A stretch of DNA of 64,000 bases from Carpediemonas membranifera BICM. Its lineage: Eukaryota > Protista > Fornicata. This document shows positions 29,522 through 40,699 of the stretch, one piece after another. A model generated the notes under the pieces. That model worked only from the letters and a program-made list of their open reading frames with translations. It did not search any database and was not told where the DNA came from. The translations under genes were made by a program, and so were the position numbers. Numbering within the stretch: the stretch's first letter is position 1; each line of letters begins with the position of its first letter. The stretch covers positions 124,001 through 188,000 of the forward strand of contig JAHDYR010000064.1 in the NCBI GenBank assembly GCA_019828565.1, given 5' to 3'.

Positions 29522-31843
29522 TTATCGACTCTCTTCTGCAAGATTTGCGCCAAAACGGTGACCATCCATCTGTCCCCTGACCCAATATCCGCTTTGGTAC
29601 CCTTTGCCATAGTTGTATGCCGTCCCATACCCGTCGGGCATGCCGTTACGCCAGTGCCCATCGTAATATGCGCCATCATGCAGGACCACCTTGCCTTCGC
29701 CATGGTATTTGCCTCTCTGGAACTCCCCTTCGTACCTTTGTTCACCATTACTGCCATGATCTACTGAGACGATGTGGCCATGGGGAAGGCCATCGTAAAA
29801 GTCTCCCTGCTTATAGGACCCATCGGGATCGCGGAGTACACCCTTGCCCTGCCGGCTTCCATGGGCGCATTCTCCCTTGTACACTATCCCCGCCGGGTAT
29901 ACTATCATACAAAGGCCGTGTGCCTGGTAGTTTCGAGATCCACCATGATAGCAGGGTTCGCTGACCGTGCCCAGGAAGTTGTCATTGCTCCAGCGGCCAG
30001 CCTTCACCTGCCCATTGCTCTGGATGTTACACCGCAGCGCCCCTACGCCATGATATTTCCCGTCCTTAAACTGCCCCTCGTACTCCTGAGTCAGTCGACC
30101 CGATTTCAAGTCTGACTCGCAGCTTGCAAACGACCAAACACCCCACCCATTGGCTACCGAGCGCTCGATCTCGCCTTCATACTTCTGAGCTCCCGAGCTG
30201 ATCCAGCCGAGCGATATAGTGCCGCGCCCCTTTCCAAATGCAGTCCACTCAGCCTCGATGGTCCCCTTGCCGTGCCAGTACGTTCCCTTGCCTCTCCAGT
30301 CGTCGTCGCGCCAGCAACCAGTGTAACGGTCCCCGTCCCAATAAGTACAGGATCCCCCGCCGTGCATGCGGCCGTTGTCCCAGTCACCAGTGTACTCCTT
30401 CTTACAACTCCCTGAGCTCTGGCTCCAGTACTTCGTGCCGCGACCATGGTACTTGCTCGATGAGAATGAACCATGGTAGAATCCACCAGAAGGAAAGTAG
30501 TAGTCGCCGTAGCCATCGCGCTTGGCGTGTGAGAACATCCCTTTGTAGACCCTGCCGTCGGGATATATCACGAAACCGGAACCGTGGGCATCACCGTCTC
30601 GACTGGCGCCCCGATAAAAAGACTTACCGAGGTTACCAAGGAACTTGCCGTTGTCCCAGTTGCCAGCCTTCACTGGGCCTCGCTCATGGACATCACACCA
30701 CATCGCCCCCACACCGTGAATCTGGCCGTCCTTAAACTGCCCCTCGTATTCTTGAGTCAGTCTGGCCGACGAATCCCTCCATTGGAACTTGACCCAGCCG
30801 TGTGGCTTGCCCTCCTTCACTCCGCCAACGTACGACTTATGTTCGCTCGTGTATGTGACAGTTGCCTCGCCAGTAAGCATAGCGGTCCAAATCCCGCGTG
30901 CAACCATGTTGCATGTGGTGTATGTGCCCTTACCGTACCAGTCGCCGCTCCTCCACTCGCCATCGTATGTGTTCTTGGTAGTAAACGTCCTCTTGCCACA
31001 GCCGTGTGGTCTATCGTTGTCCCAGTCTCCCTTGTACTTGCTACCATCGCTGAACTTCAACTTGCCCCGGCCCTGTCTTGCTCCGTCATTGACGGTGCCC
31101 TTGTAGACAGCTCCATCGGGGAAGCGGATCTCACCCTTGCCAGTCGCCTTGCCTTCAGCTGTCTCGCCATTGTATACACGTCCATTGCAGAACTTAACCT
31201 CCGCCTTTCCCACGCACTTGCCCGCCTTGAATTTGCCAGTGATACTGCAGACAGCGTTTGCAGCCTGGCTTGAGGGGAACAGTATCACTCCTTCTCCGTG
31301 TGCGACCCCACCCTTGACCCACCCCTCGTACGCATGACCGTCAGGGTAGATGACAATCGTGCGGCACCTGCTCTTGGTTGGCTCGGGTCCGAGATATCTG
31401 ATCGAAGCTGGAGGGCCTTTGAAGGTCCCGTTGCTGAAAATACCGGCGCGGACCCCATCCGTGTCCTTACGAACACCGAGGCCGTCAGCATTGTCCTCTT
31501 TGAAGAAACCTTCGTAGCTCCAAGTGTCTTTGGTCAACACTCCGTGTCCATGGAACATATCGTCCTTCCACTCGCCCTCGTAGACACTTGTGTCATCGTA
31601 GCGGAGGACACCGAAGCCACAGCACTGACCGTCCACCATTGTGCCCTGAAAGACATCGCCGGTGGGCAATCTCCATGTTACAGGGCCGTTTGCTTCATCG
31701 TTTGCAAACATGCCCTTGAGCTTTGATCCATCTGGCCATTTGACGGAGCCATAGCCGTGTCGCACGCCGTTGCGCCAGTATCCCTTGTATACACGGCCAT
31801 CGTCATAGGTTTTCGTCTGTTTACCGCTGCTTAGCAGTCCCAT
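29522..31843 (-). CDS. MORN-repeat protein (likely start MGLLSS at 31843; ORF extends to 32173)
   Basis: Many YxGxWxxGxxHGxG repeats; internally duplicated module RLTQEYEGQFKDG near 30060-30097 and 30727-30765. Confidence 0.9.
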   Translation of the reverse strand: MGLLSSGKQTKTYDDGRVYKGYWRNGVRHGYGSVKWPDGSKLKGMFANDEANGPVTWRLPTGDVFQGTMVDGQCCGFGVLRYDDTSVYEGEWKDDMFHGHGVLTKDTWSYEGFFKEDNADGLGVRKDTDGVRAGIFSNGTFKGPPASIRYLGPEPTKSRCRTIVIYPDGHAYEGWVKGGVAHGEGVILFPSSQAANAVCSITGKFKAGKCVGKAEVKFCNGRVYNGETAEGKATGKGEIRFPDGAVYKGTVNDGARQGRGKLKFSDGSKYKGDWDNDRPHGCGKRTFTTKNTYDGEWRSGDWYGKGTYTTCNMVARGIWTAMLTGEATVTYTSEHKSYVGGVKEGKPHGWVKFQWRDSSARLTQEYEGQFKDGQIHGVGAMWCDVHERGPVKAGNWDNGKFLGNLGKSFYRGASRDGDAHGSGFVIYPDGRVYKGMFSHAKRDGYGDYYFPSGGFYHGSFSSSKYHGRGTKYWSQSSGSCKKEYTGDWDNGRMHGGGSCTYWDGDRYTGCWRDDDWRGKGTYWHGKGTIEAEWTAFGKGRGTISLGWISSGAQKYEGEIERSVANGWGVWSFASCESDLKSGRLTQEYEGQFKDGKYHGVGALRCNIQSNGQVKAGRWSNDNFLGTVSEPCYHGGSRNYQAHGLCMIVYPAGIVYKGECAHGSRQGKGVLRDPDGSYKQGDFYDGLPHGHIVSVDHGSNGEQRYEGEFQRGKYHGEGKVVLHDGAYYDGHWRNGMPDGYGTAYNYGKGYQSGYWVRGQMDGHRFGANLAEESR

Positions 31844-32938
31844 GAAGAAGAAGATGTGTGTAGAAGAAGAAAAAACCTCTTGGAGGTTAAAACTGTGCGG
31901 CATCGTGACAATGCCAACGTAACTCCAACCGAGTCGAAAAAATATGAGCAGTTCTATCCGCCGTAATGGGCGGGAGGGACATGACACCGCCACGAGAAAG
32001 ACACAGAGAGCGTATGGGTCTTCCTCTAAAGTGCGTGCGACTGATGAGTCGATTATGGTCGCCTCGCCGCTCATAAGTACAGCCTGTACTGTCCATGGAC
32101 GATCGGTGGGAGTTGGGGGAGTAGATTCATTGCTCGCTGTCTGGTGTGTTGCCAGTGGGCCTCCACGGGGCATGGCATGGAAGATCGAGACCTTTGCGAC
32201 ACTATCAATGAATCTGAAGAAGATACAAGAACAACTTATACGTCATATGGCATAATAGACGGGTAATCGTGGCATCTGCGCTCGATCCCGCCGACAATGA
32301 GCGCCTTGTTGGTGATAGAAGCAAAACTGAAACAGGATTAAAGCAAAACAGTTCTAGAGAGCATATTATTTCGAATAGATGCTCAAAATCACAGTAGCAT
32401 ACCCTCTACATGTCTCTAGTCCGAGTTCAATGCCATGCTTTCAATGCGACTCCACTGGAGTCACGACCGCCACAAACACAGTATTCAGACCTCTCCCGCG
32501 GACCAGCCCTGTTGCACACTGTTCGCTAGCCTCATTAAGCGATTTCCACGATTTTCAAGAATCGCCGACAGCTTTTACTGGGAGTGACAACCATGACATT
32601 GTTTTCCCGGACCAAGCGGTCATGGTCTCAATCTACAAACTGCGCACCTAACGTGCGTATATTCTTCGCCTAAGTCCATACCAGGCTTGAATTTGGGTCA
32701 ATATCGCCTGAAGCCAGTTGATCCTCTTCAAATCATTCGACTGAGGAGGGGCAATCTGAGTGTTTGGAGGGCTGTAGCCCGAGGCACTGCCTGTAGCAAG
32801 ATAGAGCTTGACTAGATAAAGACATTAGGCGTTGGACAATCACCGGAATGCATCTTGGTGATCCGATTTCGATCGCAAAAGATTTGATGGCCTCATCTTG
32901 CTGTCATCCAAACAATAATTCCGACAGTGCGTGTAATT

Positions 32939-35900
32939 ATGCCCATTCGCCACCGTGAAAGTAGCCTGGACTTGCTTCCCGATGTTAACGCGCCTGATAG
33001 TAACCAAGAGCACTCCCCTCATCCCTTCCTTGACCTGGAAGGCAAGCCTCAGAAGCTTGCGGACAGTTCTTTCCACTTCACCAGCACCAAGGAGCTTGAT
33101 CGTGCCCGCTATCTTGCTCAGTACACTCCTGAAGAGGCGGAGCAGCGTCTGCGTGACCAGCGCGACATTAAGACGCTCATTGATGTCAAGCTCAGCTCCG
33201 CCGGGCTCCCCCCCGTATCCGATGCCGAGGGCTTCATGAACGTTGCCCAGATGGTCCTCGACCACTACAAGGCGCGCTCCTCCGATATGCGCGACCATCT
33301 CTGCCCCGCCGATCGCCGCATCCAGACGTTCATGGACAAGTATGTCGCCGATACCAAGCCTTGTGGCCCCGTCGACCTCCCTGATCGCACCTTTGTCTGC
33401 GATCGTGCTGGTATTGCCCGCGAGATCTGCATCCCCATCGACCGCGATGAGTACAAGAACGAGAACATCTCGTCCTACCGCGTCAAGCAGGGTGTGCTTC
33501 ACAACCCCTTCAACGACAGACGTACCACCAAGGGCGTCTTCCATATCAGCGAGGGCGGCTACCCCATCCCCGACGACAAGATCGCCGTTCCCAAGCAGAC
33601 GTTCGCCAACCTGCTCCACTACGCCCTCAACCCGACCTCGAAGGACATCCTGGAGCTTCCCTACTCCTCCACCAAGCCCAGAGACCAGCGCGCCCACTGC
33701 TGGGTCTCTGCCCTCCTCCGACCCGTCGTCCAGCCTGGCGTCCACAACTACGAGTCAGAGAAAAGCATGGAGGTGCGCTTCTTCGCCCCCGCCTCCCTTG
33801 CAGCCAACGTTGACTTCGTCGAGTCGATCTTCGGTAACGCCGGCGATCCATTCCTCCCCGAGAACGACGCAGGCCTCGACATCGAGCACTGGACGGGCAC
33901 CACGGGCTGCATCATCCTCTGCCCCCACCTCCGCAAGGTCACCAAGAAGCAGGCCGGCCTCCCCCACAAGTCCGAGGCCACCGAGCGCCAGCTGCGGGAC
34001 GGTATGTTCTGGTCAGAGGAGGACAGTGGCATGGGGCTCTTCTACCACAACGGCGGCGCTTTCAAGCTGTGTGCACGCACGGCTGACGGCGTGATGGTCA
34101 CCCTGATCGCGGACAACTACTTCGGCTACAGCAAGGTTTGTGCCACTCCCCTTTCCCACGCTAACACAGAAGGAGGTCAAGACCATGCTCTCGTTCTCTG
34201 CCAACTTCTTCGGCCTATCCGAGGAGGAGCACGCCGGTGGCGCCATCTGCGCTGCCACTTATAACTGGGGCCTTGAGTTCGCCGCTGACACACGCGTGGA
34301 GAACGCTGAGACGAAATTCATCGATCAACTCCAGACTTACGGTGATCTGATGAACTTCGACGAGGAGCTCGGATGTGCTTTCGACCGCAACTTCTCGGAG
34401 ATCATCTATGTGCCCGAGACGACCCACATCTCTATCACCCGCAAGTCGGTTGAGTGGAAGCACCCCAAGACTGGCGCCAACATCTCTACCAAGCTACTCT
34501 ATGGCAAGAACTACATTCTTCCCTGCGGTTACATGGTCACCCTCGAGATCCAGCGCCAGAACGCCACCAGCAAGAAGCAGTGGGCCCTCATTGGCCGCAA
34601 GGCTGACGGCATCACCTGCCACAAGCCGTCCACCGTCTCTGGCGGCGGCAAGGTATGTACCCAACCCCACCCTCACACAGTCCGAGATCTCCAAGTCCTT
34701 CGACGACAACACTTTTGCCAAGCCCGTTTTCGTCGGCGATTTTGCAGAGACCATTCGCCGAGTCGACGAGGTTCTGAAGAAGGATTACGGTTTCCGCTTC
34801 AAGCACATCGAGTACAAGGCGGACACCCGCCCCATCCTGTCGCCCAACCGCTCCCTCGGCTCCGTCATCAAGCTTCTCACCCCCGACCACGGCGAGTATA
34901 CGGAAGAGTACAACACCTGGGTCGAGCAGCTGCCCGCTGACATCAAGAGCTTCGTCTTCATCGTCAAGACGTACTACCAGCCCGAGTGGAAGGACGACTG
35001 GGCCTCCCACTTCGGAGTCGACCTCATCAACGGCGTCCGCGGCCACGAGCTACTCTTCGACGGCCACACTATCTCCTCTAACCACGCCCGTATCGGCCTC
35101 TACTCTGACTCCATGTGGCGCGCCTTCAAGCTCCGTCAGGACTTCCACGCCTCCCGCAAGATCCAGCTCGAGGACGACATCACCGCCTCGACCGTTGTAC
35201 CCACGGATGTCGTCAAGTACTGCGGCTCCCCCGCAGCCTGCGCTGCTGGCTCCGTCAAGCTCGTCACCAACTGCGAGTACCGCTTCTTCCAGCGCCCCGA
35301 CGATGCCGTCATCCGCGGCCACGACAAGCACGCCGAGGAGGACCTGTCCCGCATGGACGGCCAGCTCTTCTGCTCCAACTACGAGCCCCTAACGATTGAC
35401 CAGGCTGTCGAGGTGTTCGAGGACTCCACGGACCTGTACAACTATACTCAGCCAGTTGTCGACCTCGTCGAGACCATGGTAAGCAAGAACCCCGGCGCCC
35501 GCACCTGGATCTGCTCCGACAGACCCCGTATCGTCAACGGTGCGCCCTCTAAGAACGTCCGCTACCTCGAGACGCGCGAGTCTCTCAGCAACCGCCTGCC
35601 CCGCTACGTCGCCGAGGTCTGCGCCCGCCTCTACCGCCGCGTGCCGATGGAGTGCCCCGTCCACTTCCCCGTGACCTGCGTCCTGCCCGGCCGCCGTCTC
35701 AACCAGGTTGACCACGCCCGCGGCATCCCCGGCCTGGCCGTCTACTCGCCCCTCCACTACCAGGAGCTGCCCGAGCTCTTCATGGACTTCGCCACGTGCC
35801 TCACTGGCGCCTCGCCGTCCACCACGGGCTTCGGCATGGAGGGAGCCCTCACCAAGGGTCCGTTCAATTGCCTCCAGGCCACCGCCGACCTCAACAACGC

Positions 35901-36672
35901 CCTCGTCTCGCTGCTCCTCACTCAGCACGGTGTCTTCTCCTCCGCCGCCGGCTACATCGGCCCTAAACTGCGCGTTGACCACGACTTCTCGCTGATGATG
36001 CCCGAGCTCTTCTGCCGTATGACCGAGGAGGAGCGCGAGCCGGGCTATCTGCTCGAACACGGCTTCCTTGAGAAGCTCGAGGACTTCGAGTACAACGGCA
36101 AGGAGGTCCTCGCCTCCCGCCTGGGCTTCCGCGTCACCCGCAAGTTCATCACGCACTTCTTTGGCCGCATCTTCGACACCCCCGACGCCCTCTTCGATGA
36201 CGAGCACCTCAAGCCCGAGATGCAGGGTCTCGACGACTACGTCAACGGCATCGAAGCCATCGTCAACGCCCAGCGCGTGACTGCCGAGCGCTACTTCCGC
36301 GACGGCGCCATCGAGAACGCCTGTCCGCCCCTCCGCGCCGTTCTTGAGTGTGCCGCGCACGGTCACTACGAGGGCAAGCCCATCACCCACCCCGACATCC
36401 GCGCCATGTTCACCCGCGAGGCCCTCGTCAAGTCCGAATGGTACCAGCAGCGTCTCAAGACCAAGCGGGATCGCGACATCAACCGCGCGGCCAAGTTCAT
36501 CGGCTACATGACCGAGCTCTCCTCCCGCACCCGCGTGGCTGATTCTCTGCGTCGGAGAGTGAACCTTGACGATCGTATGGCGCGCGCCCACCAAATGCTG
36601 GATGAGTTCCGCGACCCCGCGTATCTTGAGCATCTGTTTGGCACTATTGGCGCTGATCCCATCACCAAGTAA
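32939..36672 (+). CDS. PPi-type phosphoenolpyruvate carboxykinase, 3 exons (introns 34136-34169 and 34653-34680)
   Basis: KQGVLHNP.NDRRTTKGVFHI.EGG.PIP.DK; splicing restores DNYFGYSK|KEVKT and the P-loop SGGGK|SEISKS; SPSTTG.G.EGALTKGPFN; strong C-ending codon bias. Confidence 0.9.
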
Positions 36673-36823
36673 GCCTTTAAACTTTGTATACCCTTGCTTG
36701 CGGCAGCCAAGTATTTGGCGGCTCAGTTACAGGATCGCGAGCGTATCAGGGTGAGTCGAATGGAGTCGCTTTTACATATTAATAGTAATAAATTCTACCT
36801 CAACTTGCAATATTGTGATCGTT

Positions 36824-37934
36824 TCAAGAGATTCCGAGACCCAGCAAACCCATATCCTCGCCGATGTATGACGATCCCTGACCAAAGGCGACCCGGTTGG
36901 CCCGCTCGCGGACAGCGGTCATCTGGGTTCGTCTCCGGCGAGCATTGTACTTGCGGCCGGCGCGGTGTTTCTTCTTGTCCCCGGGCATCGCTATCTTCAG
37001 CTGGCGTTGAGTAATCCTTTGATTAGGTGCAAGGGAGTTCTCGAATGCCTTGAGAACCTGGTCGCGGGTCTTCTGCCCAAAATTGCCCTCTGGATCGGTA
37101 CACGCGATGTCAACCGCCGCCACGAGCTTGAATTTGTTGGCAAGCTTGGTCAGAATCTTATTGCCCATCTTCTTTTCATCTAGACCGTTTTCCTCAACAA
37201 TGTCTGCCGCAATGTCGGCGAGCACCCCACCTTGCGGCTTTCTTCGCTGCGATAGTCTATAAGCCTTCCCCACCATCTTGATCTGGCCAGTAGTACGTCG
37301 AGCAAATCCGTCGCCTGGGTTTACCCGCCCCGCTTCGTCGTCCTGCACGCAGGATGCAAGAACGCTTGCAACTCTTGGGTTTGCCAGGAAATTATAAATG
37401 TTGGGATAACGAGCCAATGTCTCACTTGCAAGCCAGTCGTCAAGTCGTATGACAGCATCCTCCAGGGCGTCTGCGAACCGTGCCATGTTGTCTATCAGCG
37501 GTGAAGGGGTGGGTGTCGAGGGTGCCCGGAGGACCACGAGACGACTGAGCGCTGCCTGGGGCTCACTGAGAATTCCCTGGTCTATAAGTGTGTCTATGTC
37601 CCGGCCGTTGATGTAGCAGGCGCATAAATGGACGAACTGGCGGGGGGTGAGCTCGGGGGGTGTAAGGCGATCGTACTCTGGGATCGCGGAGGATATTAGG
37701 CCAATGAGCCTTGCCTGCAGTGCAAAAAAGACATTGCCTCAAACGCCTTTGTAGTGATAGTGATGAGGAAAGGCTTGATTTTGAAGATAAAGACTCTTCG
37801 ACAAGTCTTTCGACAGCCGCAAGATCTAGCGTCTCATGAAGCTGAAGCTCGTCTTCTTTCTGCATTTCAGTATCGGAATCGTCTTCAATACCGTCAAACA
37901 ACGCGTCTACATCGATATCACTGAAGTCACTCAT
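36824..37934 (-). CDS. PRP31: Prp31-like Nop-domain splicing factor; apparent 1-nt frameshift in the A6 run 37724-37729
   Basis: KLANKFKLVAAVD (Nop); KKHRAGRKY...MTAVRERANRVAFG (Prp31 C-terminus); removing one base joins 37934 to the 37537 frame. Confidence 0.75.
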
Positions 37935-38099
37935 TGGAGAAACGAGCAGGATAAGGCATCCAGCGTTGTGTTTATACTGCGCAGCACTGCCCTGTCTCCC
38001 TCCTACTCACGTCTTAAGTCGGTAGGGAGATCGTCTTCTCCAGGGCTTCCACAAAGCGTCTTCTTCGTGGACGTCAGCACAGCTGCAAACTTCACAATC

Positions 38100-38612
38100 G
38101 CTCACACGTCGTCTCATTGTCTTCTATTCCACATTAAATTCACTTCTACACTTGTATATGCTGGTAATGGTGTTCATCGTCGGCTCTTATATGTCATCTT
38201 CATCAATGACCAGCTGCACACCTGTAGTACATGACGCCGACTTCCACAAAGGACTGCTCACTCGTCTACGCGGCGGTCATCCGGGTCAGGCCTACGCGGC
38301 CATCGTGCAATTAACTGCCACGCCCCCTACAAGCGAGTTCGTCCGCGTGATGACCAGCACGTTCACCCACATCGTGTGATGCTCTGCGAAAATCCACAGT
38401 GCCGTGGTGCTCAGTGGCGCGCAACAGTTCCTGATGCTCTGAATGTTGATCATCGGGACAAGAGTGCTGCAGAGAACATCCTGTGGCGTTCTCTTGCCAC
38501 GGAAGATGAGCTCAGTGGCTCTCCGTTCAGTCGCACATTGATCCCACGTCTTCAAACATCATTCCAGTATCATCAATTGGCTAACCGTCAACATTCGTCT
38601 ACGGACGGATGA
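38100..38612 (+). pseudogene. Decayed Fanzor/TnpB-like nuclease, C-terminal half
   Basis: LVYAGNG (38151-38171); INCHAPY...HRVMLCENPQC zinc ribbon; HRDKSAAENIL RuvC-III-like motif (38451-38483); several frameshifts. Confidence 0.6.
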
Positions 38613-38824
38613 TGTTGTGCAGTTTGGCACTTTGATCGTTCCTTACAGGCCCTGTCTGGGATGTTCGAACAATGTGTTTACTATATTGCTAAATTCAGGG
38701 AAAATCGACCACTGTTCAGATTTTTATGAGCTGAATTAAGTAAAAACAGATGAATTTTTAGCTAAAATCAACCGTTTTAAGCGCTTAATTCGGTTGATTT
38801 TCGCTCAAAAGTCAGCTTTGCGCA

Positions 38825-39799
38825 ATGTATTCTGAAGACCTAAGGTGGCGCTGTGTGTTTCTAGCCACCATATATGGATGGTCCTTTCGAGAAATAGCCT
38901 TAGTTATGCACATTCAGAGCCATACAACTATCAGCCAATGGGTTTCACGAGCTGAAAAGACAGGAAGTGTTCGTCATACTGACAGAGACAAGCGAAAGCC
39001 TCAAGTACCGATGGAAGTCATTGTTTACCTTACAGAGCTGATTAGATCAGATCCCTGTTTCTATTTGGACGAGCTTCGAGATAAGATCGTTCACAAGTTC
39101 AACCGAAAGATCTCCACCGCCACAGTGTGGCGCATACTACGCTTCAGCTTGAACATGACACGGAAGAGCCTCGAAAGACGAGCCACACAAGCAACAAGCA
39201 TGCAGTTTGCCCGGTTTAGTGCCGAGCTCAACGCCGTTTACCACTGTCAGGATCAGCTTATATTTGCTGACGAGACGGCAAAAGACCTTCGTGCTGGGAT
39301 TAGGCTTCGCGGCTGGGCCACTGTTGGCCAGAGATGCAAAGTCACTCTGCCTTTCTCCCGCGGCCAGAGGTATAGTGTGTGCGCATGGCTGGGTCATGAC
39401 GGCATACTAGGGCATACAATAACGCCAGGGACATTCGACAGGCAGCTATTCTACGACTCCTTTATCGCCAATGTGTATTACAAAATGAATCCATGGCCTG
39501 GGCCACGGTCGATCTTAATGCTCGACAACGCCTCAATTCACCACTTTCCTCAGTTGCAGCAATGTATCGACAACATTGGCGCCAAGATGATCTTTCTGCC
39601 CCCATACAGTCCGCACCTTAATCCCATAGAGGTCATGTTCTCCATCATCAAGTCTCGCATACAGAGAGATCAAGCTGCTTTTGCTCAAGCTCCAGCATCC
39701 ACACTGAGCAGGCTCTTCGCTGAAGTGACCAACAGTCAATCACACCTCTTCAGCTCCCATGGCTACCACGACGGGCAGCTGGACATACACTTCAGATAA
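38825..39799 (+). CDS. IS630/Tc1-like DDE transposase
   Basis: YSEDLRWR HTH, YLDEL..IS.ATVWR, FADET, MLDNASIH, FLPPYSPHLNPIE. Confidence 0.93.
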   Translation: MYSEDLRWRCVFLATIYGWSFREIALVMHIQSHTTISQWVSRAEKTGSVRHTDRDKRKPQVPMEVIVYLTELIRSDPCFYLDELRDKIVHKFNRKISTATVWRILRFSLNMTRKSLERRATQATSMQFARFSAELNAVYHCQDQLIFADETAKDLRAGIRLRGWATVGQRCKVTLPFSRGQRYSVCAWLGHDGILGHTITPGTFDRQLFYDSFIANVYYKMNPWPGPRSILMLDNASIHHFPQLQQCIDNIGAKMIFLPPYSPHLNPIEVMFSIIKSRIQRDQAAFAQAPASTLSRLFAEVTNSQSHLFSSHGYHDGQLDIHFR

Positions 39800-39808
39800 A
39801 CGCTTTAT

Positions 39809-40540
39809 TCAGTCTTCCTGGTGCTCGTAGTCGGGAATGTTGAGGCTGTTGGGCATGATAGGCGGCGGGGGACGACTGACCGGAGCTGGAGTTGTCTGGG
39901 CGCGTCTCAGTAGTGCTCGGACTTCAGTTACACGCTCATAGGGGACTGGAACGAGGACATACGCATCCAAGTCGAAGTTGGGAGACCGTCTAGGATGCTG
40001 AGGTGTCTCTGCAAGCTCTTGGCTCGCTTGTGGCCGCTCGTATTGAACGCCAGCCGGTGGATCAAGGGCAGTGACTCCGTCAACTCCTGACGCCAGGGAG
40101 TGAGCCCAACCCATCAGCTGAGATTCGGTCAGGCCAGGATTGGCAGCACGAAGGATCTCGCGGGCTTCATGCAAAGCCTCTCGGCCGACGAGTGCGTTTC
40201 GCGGTTGGTGGACAGGTTGAGATGAAGCTGTGGTCTTGTTGGGGTCAGCAGTCCACACATATGCCTCAGGCTTGCTGCATCTGGTGAACTTGCTCCAGGC
40301 AGCCATAGTAATGTCTTCTAAGAAGACCTTATCATTGGGAAGCTTGTAACGTACCTGAATTCTCTGCTTTGCAACGCTCTCTGCAATGTTATACCCCTTT
40401 TCGCTGACCAAGTTGCGAATATCACGCACGAAGGCTTCCATAGCTGTCCACTCTTGCTTCATCTGCACTATAAACGTGCAAAGTACCTTGTTACGAGACT
40501 TCTTCACCTTAATAGTAACATCCGTTCCCTCATCGTCCAT
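39809..40540 (-). CDS. Hypothetical transposon accessory protein
   Basis: 243-aa ORF with stop 9 nt from the transposase stop, inside the inverted-repeat boundaries. Confidence 0.65.
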   Translation of the reverse strand: MDDEGTDVTIKVKKSRNKVLCTFIVQMKQEWTAMEAFVRDIRNLVSEKGYNIAESVAKQRIQVRYKLPNDKVFLEDITMAAWSKFTRCSKPEAYVWTADPNKTTASSQPVHQPRNALVGREALHEAREILRAANPGLTESQLMGWAHSLASGVDGVTALDPPAGVQYERPQASQELAETPQHPRRSPNFDLDAYVLVPVPYERVTEVRALLRRAQTTPAPVSRPPPPIMPNSLNIPDYEHQED

Positions 40541-40699
40541 CGCTCAATTCACCTGTTTTCAGCACTCAAAACACAGTGTTTGATTGCTTAATTCAGGACT
40601 CAAAATAAACAAGCTCGTGGTTGATTTAAGGTGAAAAAAGCAATATTATTGTTTTTATTATTATACTGCGCAACAGGGAGAATGTGACAGGACAAACGA

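Larger units (their letters stand above)
38650..40678 (+). mobile_element. IS630/Tc1/mariner-superfamily DNA transposon with a second convergent ORF; boundaries approximate
   Basis: Transposase + convergent ORF between AT-rich ends; degenerate inverted similarity 38683-38748 vs 40577-40646 and ccctgt/acaggg. Confidence 0.65.

Noticed and set aside
35389-36633. Long antisense ORFs (also 32840-33745, 62127-63476, 713-1591)
   Set aside because: Shadows of codon-biased genes on the opposite strand
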